From positions 4,612,327 to 4,646,070 of the forward strand of contig MU061579.1 of the NCBI GenBank assembly GCA_013265495.1: a DNA stretch of 33,744 nucleotides, in the 5' to 3' direction. Under the pieces are notes generated by a model. It saw only the letters and a list, made by a program, of their open reading frames with translations, had not been told where the DNA came from and made no database searches. Below, one piece after another: positions 22,816 to 33,744 of the stretch; the stretch's first letter is position 1, and each line of letters begins with the position of its first letter. Made by a program: the position numbers and the translations under genes. This DNA comes from Vicugna vicugna (Eukaryota).

Positions 22816-24829
22816 TTTTGAAAGGGTTATTTCAAGAATGAAGAATTGATTAAATAATCCTGTTATTTTATTATTATCCAATATTATGATAGAAATATCA
22901 ATAAATCTCTGTTATCTCTATGGCTGTATGTTATGTACATAAAAGATAAAATAAGTTGTTAAATTTTTATAATAGATATTTATTGTTCTATATCCTTAAA
23001 ATCCCTTTATATAAAAACACGCAAAGAAATTCTGTAAAGAAACATATCTGAGGGCTTTTTAACATATTCTAAAAAAGTATAAGACTCAAAATAACCTAAG
23101 ATTCATGAGTCTCATAAGATTTGCCCCCAAAGTTTAAAAGCAGTTAATGCCTGGAGGGTAATATTTTGGGCATGACTGATTCTAGCCAGAACACATGTGT
23201 ATAATGTCATTTACAGAGAGTGTCCAAATATGTGGCTTATGGGTTTTCAATATGCTTAATTGGTATAGCAATTATAATTGGTATATTTTTCTTAATTTCA
23301 AGGATCTTTTCAGTATATTCTAATGAAATAACTTCTAGTGTTTGAACTCCCAAGGAAAGTTAGAAAACTGAATGCTGACATAAAATTTTATTCTTCAGGA
23401 ATACATAAACATACTTTTTATATTTGGCGTAAAAATGAAGATGTGTAAAATGGATAGAGGAATATAGGACCAGTATCATATGAAGGACAGCCACTATCAC
23501 CTAGGAGAAAAAACATTTCTTGCCATCCATGAGTCTGTACGGGTGGATGCTCTAAAAAAAATCAAGTTGTTCTTTTGTGGCTTTAGAGTTCACACATTTC
23601 ATCACTCTAGCTTCTGAGGCGATAGCATATTATTGTTACCTTACTTGGAGACAGGTTAAATATTCAGTAGCTATAAGTAAAAATCTGATGTGAAATGGTT
23701 CTTCAGAAAGATTTTTCATTTTCTAAATGATTGAAGTCATTCCATTTGTTTTCCTTCCCAGTAATAATCAATCAATAGTCTTCAAAATATAGATATGCAT
23801 GATAATGTAATATGGGCTTTAAATGGCAAAAATAGATGTGTAATCAATATTTCTCAAGTATTTGAGCAAAGAGAACACCATAAAATGTAGATATGGTGCT
23901 AGCATTGTTTACTGTTATGTCCAGAAGTCTCTATTCTTCTTTTCAATAGAGCATCGTTTTTTCAGTTTGGGATGTCTAATGCAGGTGTGTGCCCCAGCTG
24001 CATTAGAAAACGGGACAGATTCTTGTTTTTACCTCTTCAGCTTTGCTGGTGGTTAATTACATGATATCAACTTAACAACAAAAAAAAGCACTCTTCTAAT
24101 AAATTCTGAATCTTGAATGAGGCTTGCAATAATAGAAACAATGACATAATTGGATTAATGTCATACTCAAAATTTCAAATAATGCTGGGAAGGTGATTCC
24201 TAGCACATACACTTTTAATTTTCTAATTTGACCAATGCAAATAAAGGGCAGATGGAGGAAAATATAGTAAGAATAACTTGCTATTATTTCAAATGTGGTC
24301 TTTTTATTGCAGTCAGTGAATTCACTTTATGATAGTTGATATGCAGCTAGTGAACAGGGAAGTTATGTTTTTATTCTACATTTAGCTAGACTGAAAATAT
24401 CCTAAATTATTTTGTTTTCATTTGGCAGAGATAGCTTATACCTTAAGCTTGTTGCCTTAGATATATATGAACTCTCCAACCCTCAGTTACAATTTAGCCC
24501 ATAAAGAATCATAATCATTTCTATATTTCAAAAGATATCATATTGATCCACTAAATTAATGACATAGGACTTAATATTAAATATAGAAAGTATGTAGTAG
24601 CACATACAATACTTCCTAAGTTAAGACACATGTGTGTTAGTGAATTGAAAATTAATCCCACAAAAAGTTCAGGAGCTAAAAGTGAAATATCTGAGTAAGG
24701 GTCGCTTGAATGTTTTGGAATTATTTTTGCTACTGATCTATGAACAAGCTTGAGTGATGTAGTCATACGGTTAAGATTCTGGGAACTTAATTAAAATAAC
24801 ATTGGAAGTTAATTTGATTCTTTTTATTT

Positions 24830-26745
24830 AGGGAGAAATGAAGTTGTCTTTGTTTAGAGATGGTAGGATTTTATTTACAGAAAATCAACAAATTCAGTAA
24901 AGTTGCCAGATACAAAAATAACATACATAAATCAGTTGCATTTCTATACACTAACAATGAAACATCTGAGAAAGAAATAAAGAAAACAATCCCATTCACA
25001 ATAGCATCAAAAACAATAAAGTACTTAGGAATACATTTAACCAAGGAGGTGAAAGATGTACAATGAAAATTGTAAGAATTTGATGAAAGACATTAAAGAA
25101 GATGCTAGTAGTTGGGAGGTATCCTGTGTTCATGGGTTGAAGTGATTAATATTGTTAAAATGTCCATATTACTTAAATTGAATTACTTAAATTGGAACTA
25201 AAATATTTAAATTGATAGAATTGATAGATCCAATTGAATTCAATTTAAATATAAAATATAAATATTTAAATTGAATTCAATTGGATCTATCAATTCAATG
25301 CAGACTGTACTAAAGTTTCAATTTTTCACAGAAACAGTAGAAACAACTCTAAAATTCCTAGGGAACCATGAAAGTCCCCACATCTCCCAAGCAGTCTGGA
25401 GGAAGAACAAAACCAGAGTCATTACATTTCCTGATTTCAGACTTCCTGATTACTACCAAGCTATAGTAATCAAAGCAATGTGGTACTAGCATAAAAATAT
25501 ACACATAGAACAATGGCACAGAATTGAGAGTCCCCAAATAAACCCTTGCATATCTGGTCATCTAATACTGACAAAGGAATCAAGAATATTGAATAGGGAA
25601 ACAAATATTCTCTTTACTAAACGGTTTTAGAGAAACCAGATAATCACATTGAGAAGAATGAATTTAGAGCTCTATCTTAAACCGCTCATGAAAGTTAACT
25701 CAAAATGGATTAAATACTTAAACATAAAATCTGAAACCATAAAACTCCTAGAAGAAAACATACGATGCCAAAAGCACAAGCAACAAAAGCAAAAATAAAT
25801 GAGTGCAACTTATCAAATTAAAAAGTTCTTCACAGCAAAAGAAACAACAAAATTAAAAAGCAACTATAGAATATGAGAAAATATCTGCAAATCATATATC
25901 TGTTCAGTGGTTTATATCCAAAATATGTAAGAAACTCATGTAACTGAATAGCAAAAAAAATCTGATTAAAAATGGGCAGAGGAACTGAACAGATACATGT
26001 CTAAAAAAAGACATACAGATGACCAACAGGCACATGAAAGACACTCAACATCATCAATCAATAAGGAAATGCAATTCAAAACCAAAATAAGATATATCAC
26101 AACTGTTAGAATGGCTGTTATCAAGACGACAAGAAATTATAAATGTTGACTAGCATATAATGAAAAAGGAACCCGTGTGTACTGCTGGTGGGAATGTAAA
26201 TGGGTACAACCACTATGGAGAATAGTTTTATTATGTGTGGAATATTATTCAGCTACAAGAAAGGAAGAAATCCTGCTGTTTGGGACAACATAGATGGACT
26301 TTGATGGCATTATGTTTGGTGAAATAAGTCACAGAGAGAAAGACAAATGATCTTACTGTATGATCTTACTTAACTGTGGAATCTAAAAAAGCTGAATTCA
26401 TAGAAACAGAGAGTAGAATGGTGGTTGCCCAGGGTTTGAGGGTGGGGGAAATGGGGAAATGTTGGTCAAAGTGTACAAATTTCCAGTTATAAGATGAGTA
26501 AGTCCTAATGCTGTAATGTACAGCATAGTGATTATAGCTAACAGTACTGTATTATATATTTAAGTATTTCTAAGAGAGTAGATCTTAACTGTTCTCAACA
26601 AAAAAGGAGTTGTAATTATGTGAGGTTGATGGAGGTGTTAACACTACTGTGGTGAATATTTAGCAATGTGTAGTATCAAATCAACACATTGCACCTTAAA
26701 CTTATGCAATTTCATATATTAATATCTCAGTAAAGTCCAGAAAAT
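24830..26745 (+). mobile_element. 5'-truncated LINE-1 (ORF2 RT to 3' UTR), L1MA9-like, with internal deletions and a palindromic insertion
   Basis: ORF 24860-25066 ([48 protein letters not shown]); DYYQAIVIKAMWY; 3' UTR ctaagagagtagatcttaactgttctc..tatctcagtaaag. Confidence 0.95.
25218..25296. repeat. Perfect inverted repeat, 35-bp arms with a 9-nt spacer
   Basis: gaattgatagatccaattgaattcaatttaaatat (25218-25252) and atatttaaattgaattcaattggatctatcaattc (25262-25296). Confidence 0.95.
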
Positions 26746-27360
26746 ATAAACACATATATTCTTTGACCCAGTTATTCTAGATTGTGATATACATTTTGGA
26801 GAAGCATTTATATATTTTAACAAAGAAGTTCATACCAAAAATATGAAACATTAATTTTATTAATAATAACAACCAAAAGTAAAAATGAAACTAAGCAAAT
26901 CTATAAATATCCTATATGCTGTAAGTAATGAAATGGACAAATGACTTATATGTTATCTATGTTGTATAGCAATTAAGGAGAGTAAGTGTGATTCAAATGG
27001 ATTAATATAGAAACACATAGAAGATATTTTATTTAATAAAAAAATCAACTAAGAAAATGTACAGTAGCATGCCCTCTATAAACCAAAGCATACAGTGCTA
27101 CTATGTATTTGTAAATATACATATTTCTCTTTCTCTTTATCTGTATCTCTATCAGTATTTACCTATTTATCCATCTATCCACGTATCTTTATCTGGATAT
27201 ATAAACCAAAGTAATGACTGTGGCTAATTCTTGGAAGAAATTGAAATCGAAGGTGTTTGTCAAGGGGAAATTTTGCTTCATATATAATATTTGAATTTTT
27301 CTTTTTAAAGAGGATAACATACTCATGTATGATTTATACAATCAAAATTAATTTTTAAAT
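26746..27360 (+). mobile_element. Ancient L1 (L1ME/L1MC-like) 3' end
   Basis: cacatatattctttgacccagttattc..aatggacaaatgactt..gactgtggctaattcttgg..atactcatgtatgatttatacaat. Confidence 0.6.
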
Positions 27361-27472
27361 AAGAGAAAATTTAAGTGAATTGCCCAAGGTGAAAAAGCCA
27401 ATTAGCACCCAAGTCAAAATTAAAACCTAGGAATTCTGACACTTAACAATATTCACTAATTTTCTTATGCCA
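27361..27472 (-). mobile_element. MIR fragment
   Basis: ttaagtgaattgcccaaggt..aaacctaggaattctgac resembles the MIR reverse complement ttaagtgacttgcccaaggtc..gaacccagg..ctgactcc. Confidence 0.7.
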
Positions 27473-27702
27473 CATTCTAGCAAATGACCAATTTTCATTA
27501 AGCATTTCAATGGGAAAGAAAATTAAAAATTAATTACATCCAAGTTAAGATGGGGGTGAAAACACATTTTCCATCTATGCCATATTTTGTATTAGTTAAA
27601 TGATTTTGCTAGTATTAAAGCTGGTTTTTGGAAGAAGGTTAATGAGGCATTCCCACAAATTTGTAATGAGCACAGGACAGGTAACTTCGTTCTTCCTCTC
27701 AG

Positions 27703-27900
27703 CTAGACGTTTTCAAACATTAATATATAAAGAATCATTGAAGTATTGGTTAAAATGAGAGTTTCCCAAGTCCAATTCCAGTAAAGTCTGAAGTAGTTGA
27801 TCTGAGCAGTTCCAAGGAGGCCACAAGGTATGTCAGGCCACCAGTCCAAGTAATTCTGATTTGATTTCCTAAGGGTCCTATTCCCAGATAGCTCAAAACT
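27703..27900. mobile_element. MER5-like hAT-Charlie MITE, degenerate
   Basis: ttttcaaacattaatatataaagaatca..ggttaaaatgagagtt..tctgaagtagttgatctg..ccaagtaattctgat in MER5A order. Confidence 0.5.
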
Positions 27901-29524
27901 CATTGCTGCTACTTGAATGAAAGCGAATATATGGCTCCCAACTATAGAAACCCAACAATATTAAAAAAAGTAGAGGGCTGAAGGGGAAGCAGAGAGTGAC
28001 ATTCCTTAAGAAGAGCTGAGTCCTAGTGATCCAAAATGAGTTCTCAGGGATTATTACCCATCTGAGGCAGCATGTGCCCTTTTTATGAAATCAGTTGTAT
28101 ATTGGGCATTCTTACAATATCGGTTTAAAACCAACAAATTCAAAGGCCCAAGCTTCACAAAGGTATTCATGTCCTCCTTTCCTTTTTTATTCAAATTTTT
28201 CTCCTTTTGGTGACAACCTTTAAAAATAATACTTAATTTATCAATTAAAAAACACTTTAAAGAAGAAAATTAAACAAAATGAAACAATAAGAGTTCCATA
28301 TTAATAGGACCTTAACATGACCATTTCATGCCTTTAAAATATAAATATGCAAAAAAAAAATCTTGCAAAGGGACATTTATTTGCCATTCATTGAATATGT
28401 TCAGTGATCATTTCTTCCAAAAGGTAGTCTCTGAAGAACATCTCCTGTTCACTCCTACCTTCTCCCTCTGCCTTTGTGATGGAAATTATTTTATTTCATG
28501 TAACATTTTTCCCTCTTTGGAATGGTGGTTGATTTCAACTCTTGGTCCTTTGAAAGTGTACTTCAATGTAAAAAAGAAAAAAAGATGCTATCAGATTTTC
28601 CTGGTTATTTGAAGAGGGAGGGTAGAAGGAAGTGTTTACTTGATTTTTGCATGGTAAGTATAACTTTCTTATGAGCCCTTTTAATTCTATAAACATTTTC
28701 TACTCAGGTTTTGTGCAATGGAATTATAGCCACTCTTTGTAAATCCATTTAAAATCAATCTTCTGGATGAATACTTTCTGTTATAGCATAGATTACCATA
28801 TTCCTCCCAAAGACATATTGATTTCCTCCTCTTTAAAAAAAAGTCCACTCAATTTTTCAAAGCACTTGGCTATAGTAACGGCAATGCTGATTTAATTACA
28901 TGCAGTAAAGCTCTATTGGCCACAACCTGTTGCTGGCTTCTGTAAGCTCTGCTTCTATTTTTCTGGAAGGCAAATGCAAAAGAGCCATTTTTAACACTGT
29001 CTGATTATGTAGCCATTATATACAGTTAAATTTACTACAATAATCCAGACTAAAATAATAGAAAGTTTTACAACCAATTTATATAGAATGTGAAATCTGT
29101 GAGACATTTACCCCAGAGATAAAACCAATGCTTCTATGTATTTAGAAATACAAATATGAGAATATTCCAATATACATTTTCAGTATTGATCTATGTATGT
29201 TGGTAAGTATTACAGGAGTACGGCAATAACAAATCTTTTCTTATTGGTTGTTTTCTAAGTTTTCTTAACAGGTTGTTAGTTTCCTGAGGTTCTGAATCTT
29301 AACATCATGCCTAATACTTTATTCAAAATATCACTGTATTTCCAACTTCAGAAAGACTTTTCTTTTATTGCGCTGCAGTATATATAAAACTCATACATAT
29401 TGAACAAAAGTGCAGAATACATAATACACAGAATATATGATTAATGTAAATATATAGGTATATATAGGTACACATACAAAAACGTGCATATACACACACA
29501 CATGTATAAATCCAAATATATATT

Positions 29525-29698
29525 AAGTGGTGTACTGGGTCCAATCAGCCTCCAGTTGGTAATTTAAGACTGGCAATGATAGGAGTATTTATATCACAGA
29601 CACTGACAAACTTTAAAAATCAGGGTTTGGTGGAGATTTTAATGCTGTCTTCTTTATTCTCAGAAAGCTGATAGTTAAACATTACCGGCATGCTACTG
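29525..29698 (+). mobile_element. MER63A-like hAT-Blackjack MITE
   Basis: TIR-like ends agtggtgtactgg / ccggcatgctactg; internal ggagtatttatatcacaga..aaatcaggg and gttaaacattacc match MER63. Confidence 0.8.
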
Positions 29699-30425
29699 TG
29701 CACACTGCATTCATTTGAAATGAATATGTTTATTTCTGATCATAAAAATTAATTGTTGCATGAAATGATTGGGGCATTTACTACTCTTCCGATCTGTAAC
29801 ATTTAGCAAGTAGTGGCTCCAATCTTGTGTCTAGTGGGTAGCGGGTAGCTTCTCCTGTGCTGGTTGCCTCCTGTTGTACAGTAATGTTGGACATCCCCAA
29901 CCGCCTGTCAGGGATATCGGTCTTTTATTAGGAGTTCTTGCAAAGAAGTTCATTATGTTTTGGCAGGTTGCAAATACCACAGAAATTATCCAAGGCATTA
30001 ACTCTCTTTTTCTGGTTAGGATATTTGGCTCCTCACAGGTTAATCCTGGTACACAATGTAATCTTGTTTTCATGTTTTTGGATTTTTTTTTTCAGGATAA
30101 ATTACTCTACTGAATGCACAAAGCAGTTTTAAGGCAAGATCTTTCCAGATCAGTGGTGTAGAGAAAAAGGAGAGAACTGCCACATTTCTCTTTTCTACCT
30201 ATTTTCATTCAATTTCATAAGAATGGTTAAATTTGAAATTATGATCACAAAATTCAGTTCAAGGGAAAAAAACATCAACTTTTCTGTTCACAAGAAGCTC
30301 ATCATCTACTATAGAGGTGGATATCAGATAGAATTGGATAGAATGTGGTACTGGATAAAACTGACAGTTTTTCTGATGTTTCTTGATGGAGGAATAGGGG
30401 ATTCTCAAATCATCACTATTGGCTC

Positions 30426-30988
30426 TATCTGGTGAAAACAAATACAAATGTAGGTAAAAGGGAGACTTTATTTAAAAAGGTTATCATAATAGGGGAGAGG
30501 GATTATTGCAAAAAGTAGAAAGCTCCAGCTTATCTGAAGATCTGCAGAAGTATCATAGGTGAGGAGGAAAAAAGCTTGTATTTTATGAGGACTAAACAAT
30601 GCTAGGAAGAACTGGATATGTGGGAGTGGGATTGGTGTGATGGGATAGCTGATCTGAGAATATTTTTCCTTGTCATCAACAGCTTTTCGGAAGGGTTCCT
30701 TTGAGTAAGGGTTGTTCGAATTCCAGTGCAAGACTTTTCTCCAGATCAGGTGATGGAATCAAACAGTTTAGTTCATCACTTGTGTGATCTAGAATGAGTA
30801 TTTGAAGGGTCTGTGTCTGGCCTGTCACAAGTAAACTCATTTATAAATGTCTCATCTAAGTGATATGAGGAGGATACTTCTTTACTGTAGAATTTTTTGT
30901 AGGGACAAAAAGTCTTGGGGAGGGGCAGATTTGGTGTCAATACCAGTTTTACAGGAGCACAGGGCTCAGGTAAAGTTCAACATTGTCA
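30426..30988 (-). mobile_element. Solo ERV1 LTR, MER67-like
   Basis: Minus strand starts tgacaatgttgaactttacctgagccctgtgctcctg; polyA signal (TTTATT on +) at 30467-30472; 4-bp TSD GCTC at 30422-30425 and 30989-30992. Confidence 0.85.
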
Positions 30989-31137
30989 GCTCCTTTTTTT
31001 ACAGATTTTAGTCTAGTCAAAATTTTTGTTGTTGACTTATAGAATTTGATTCTTACAACTTGATATGAAATATTTTATGACTCACATTTCTTAAAGTATC
31101 AATCATGTAGGTAGTAGATTGTTCATACAAGTGATGG

Positions 31138-31195
31138 CATTATGCTGTATACCAGAAATTGATACATTGTAACTTACTATACTTCAAAAAAAAAA
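31138..31195 (+). mobile_element. Ultra-short L1 3'-end insertion with poly(A) and a 9-bp TSD
   Basis: cattatgctgtataccagaaattgatacattgtaacttactatacttc+A10 flanked by aagtgatgg (31129-31137 and 31194-31202); homologous to 33059-33107. Confidence 0.9.
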
Positions 31196-31340
31196 GTGAT
31201 GGAAAATGAGCAGATGCTCAAACATAAGGCTGAGATTCAATGCACTAGTGGTGGAAGTCAAAACATCTTTTGAATTTATTTCTATGGCTTTATTTGCATA
31301 TCTTGCTGAAAGTTAGCAACTTTTATTTTTCTTGTTTTAT

Positions 31341-31900
31341 TTATTCCACTTATCTGTTGCTGAAGAGAAAACCACTTGAATGCTTAGTGGCTGAAAACAA
31401 CAACAATTAATTATTTTGCTCACAAATCTGCAATTTGAACACAACATGGGGAAAAGGTTTGTCTATTCACGCAGTATCAGCTGAGGCAACTTGATGGAGG
31501 ATTAGAAGATCCACTTCCAAGATGGCTTGCTCCCAGGGCTGGCAAGTATGTGTTGGCTATTAGCTGGATCTCAGATGTGGCTGAAGGCTTGAAGCTTTGT
31601 TCCAACCCATGTGGCTTGGAGTTCTTTGGAGTATGGTGGCTGTGTTCTGATGGTAGTTATTTCCAGAGAGAGAAAGAGAGAGAGACAGATGGGAACTCTA
31701 TTGACTTTAATGGTTCAGCCTTGGAAGTTACACATCTTCATTTCTGCCAGACTCTTAATGGGGTAATCACAAAGGTTGGCCCAGGTGCAAAGAAAATGGA
31801 CATATGCTCCACCTCTTGATTATGAAATGGGAAGTTTCCAAAAGACCATATGAAACAGGAAATATTTTTATGACTAGTTTGATAAATTATAAATTAAACA
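31341..31900 (-). mobile_element. MLT1 (MaLR) solo LTR, MLT1F/G/H-like
   Basis: cttagtggctgaaaacaacaac..gctcacaaatctgcaatttg..gatccacttccaagatggct..cagccttggaagttacac..ctccacctcttgat. Confidence 0.9.
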
Positions 31901-32921
31901 TAAATAATTATGTTCCAAAAATTTCACTGGGAGAAAATATAACTAAGATATTAGAGATCCCATAATAAAAATAAACTTAGATATGAAAGGCACAGGGTAG
32001 CTATGGGAATATTTTCTAGCATAAAATTTATTTTGCTTCTAAAGAATAATATTAATACATTCTCTGTGCTTAATTATTCAGTCTATATATTCCATGCCAT
32101 TTTGACCTATTAATTTAGAGTTACATATAAGTCATTGTTTGTTGTCCCAAAATACATAAAGTTGATAAACAATATAAAGCTACAGGGATCCATATAACCC
32201 TGAATATCATGGTCAGGAGATGGTTACTGAAATAATGTCAATAATTTCAAGTCAATCATATACATGAAGAAAGGTATCATTGAATACCTTTGTTACTGCT
32301 TCTATCTTAAAAGTCCATCCAGCAGGGGCAAAACAAATTTTCTTTATCATCATCTTTAGGAAGCAAGAGCAAAATGTTTCTCATCCTTGAGTTGGAGCTT
32401 TTACTTACTTTCTACTTATCTCATCATCTTCCCTACAATTTCATAAGCTGAAAAATGAACCCTCCCAGAAATAAAACACAGCTGTTGTGATTACATTCAG
32501 TAAGTCCAAAATAGATATTACCACATTTATTTACTGTAAAGGCTCAGTAATGTTTCCGAGAAAGCTGCGAGGAGAAAAGGGAACTAATGTTAAAATGATG
32601 AAAAGTCTGAATTACAGAATATATTTTACAGAAATTATTGACATATATGCATTAATTACACAAAATGCTAATGAAGTGTTTCTGACTCTATATTAAAGGT
32701 AAGAATAATGACTTCATCAGTTTTACTGAGATAATTATTAATTAGACTACAAATTTATTGCATTAATATATGACAGAGCACCTATTATGTGCAAGTAAGT
32801 CATTGCTGAGTTGAGATGAGTTTTCTGAAAAAAAAAATTAGAGGCTATTTCTAGACCACTAGAGATACATTTACAAGATAACAAATGAGACCATTTGGAG
32901 GTAAATAAGCACTTTCAAATC

Positions 32922-33120
32922 TACTAACCACTATATATAAAATAGATAAACAACAAGTTTATACTGTATGGCACAGGGAACTATATTCAATACCTTGTAG
33001 TAATCTATAATGAAAAAGAATATAAAATGAGTATATGTATGTATATGTATAACTGAACTATTATGCTGCACCCCAGAAACTGACACATTACAAACTGACT
33101 ATACTTTAATTTAAAAAAAA
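32922..33120 (+). mobile_element. Young L1 3' UTR fragment with A-tail, cetartiodactyl (camelid-like)
   Basis: ctatatataaaatagataaacaacaagtttatactgtatggcacagggaactatattcaata..gactatactttaatttaaaaaaaa. Confidence 0.9.
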
Positions 33121-33302
33121 GAGAAAATATGTTCCTAGGTTTTAGAAATTTAAAAAAAGCAGTTATAAGTTAGTATAACATCAATATCAAAACTCCCTAA
33201 AATTAAAAATTAAATAAAAGGATCTTATGGATCATAAAATGCTTGAGATAAATGCTATTTTTCTCTCCTTTTCTCATCCTTTCTGGACCACTTAATAATT
33301 TT

Positions 33303-33744
33303 TTTGATCCATTGTTTTTTCAATAACATATTGTTTAATCTCCATGCTTTTCTTTTTTTCTCCTTTGTTTCTCTGTTGTTGATTTCCAGTTTCATGGCAT
33401 TGTGGTCAGTAAAGATGCTTGAGATAATTTCTATCTTCTTAAATTTGTTGAGGTTTCTTTTGTGTCCAAGTACATGATCGATCCTGGAAAATGTTCCATG
33501 TGCACTTGAAAAGAATGTATATTCTACTTTTTGGGGGTGTAAAGCTCTGAAAATATCCACCAAATCTAGTTTTTCTATTGTAGTATTTAATTTCTCTATT
33601 GCCTTGTTTATTTTCTGTCTGGAAGATCTGTCTAGTGATGTTAATGCAGTGTTAAAATCTCCAACTATGATTGTATTCCCATCAATATCCCCCTTTATCT
33701 CTGTTAGTAATTCTTGTATGTACTTAGGTGCTCCTATATTGGGT
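33303..33744 (-). mobile_element. Young LINE-1 ORF2 endonuclease segment, open frame, runs off the window end
   Basis: Stop-free frame from 33743: PNIGAPKYIQELL..IIVGDFNTAL..LDRSSRQKIN..YTFFSSAHGTFSRIDHVLG..FTDHNAMKLEIN..WRLNNMLLKKQWI; L1 similarity ends at ~33303. Confidence 0.96.

Noticed and set aside
29831..30447. Cluster of overlapping 62-80-aa ORFs as a host exon
   Set aside because: No recognisable protein similarity or convincing splice structure; lengths expected by chance
1..33744. CRISPR array, tRNA/rRNA genes, prokaryotic-type operon or novel RT-based system
   Set aside because: No spaced direct-repeat array or structured RNA gene seen; all RT/endonuclease sequence belongs to known L1, L2 and ERV-L families in mammalian DNA

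Overview
AT-rich eutherian genomic DNA, with no host gene exon, RNA gene or CRISPR array that I can support. The short L1 3' ends resemble cetartiodactyl, probably camelid, L1. The window is mostly transposable-element remnants. It holds three decayed class III (ERV-L-type) proviral remnants: a minus-strand LTR33/LTR16-type element truncated inside RT (~3013-5724), a near full-length plus-strand MLT2/ERV-L with gag-pro-RT-RNaseH-IN-dUTPase relics but no 3' LTR (~14991-21030), and an internally deleted minus-strand LTR16-type element joined tail-to-tail to it (~21031-22543). It also holds several solo LTRs (MER67-like with a 4-bp TSD, MLT1, other ERVL-type), L1s of several ages, L2, MIR, hAT MITEs and microsatellites. 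I found no evidence of a new biological system. The most notable structures are a perfect 35-bp-arm AT-rich palindrome inside an old L1, a young stop-free L1 endonuclease segment that fits a twin-priming inversion, a 56-bp L1 insertion with intact TSDs, and the tail-to-tail ERV-L junction. Repeat family names come from my recall of consensus sequences, not from a search, and boundaries are approximate unless a TSD is given.
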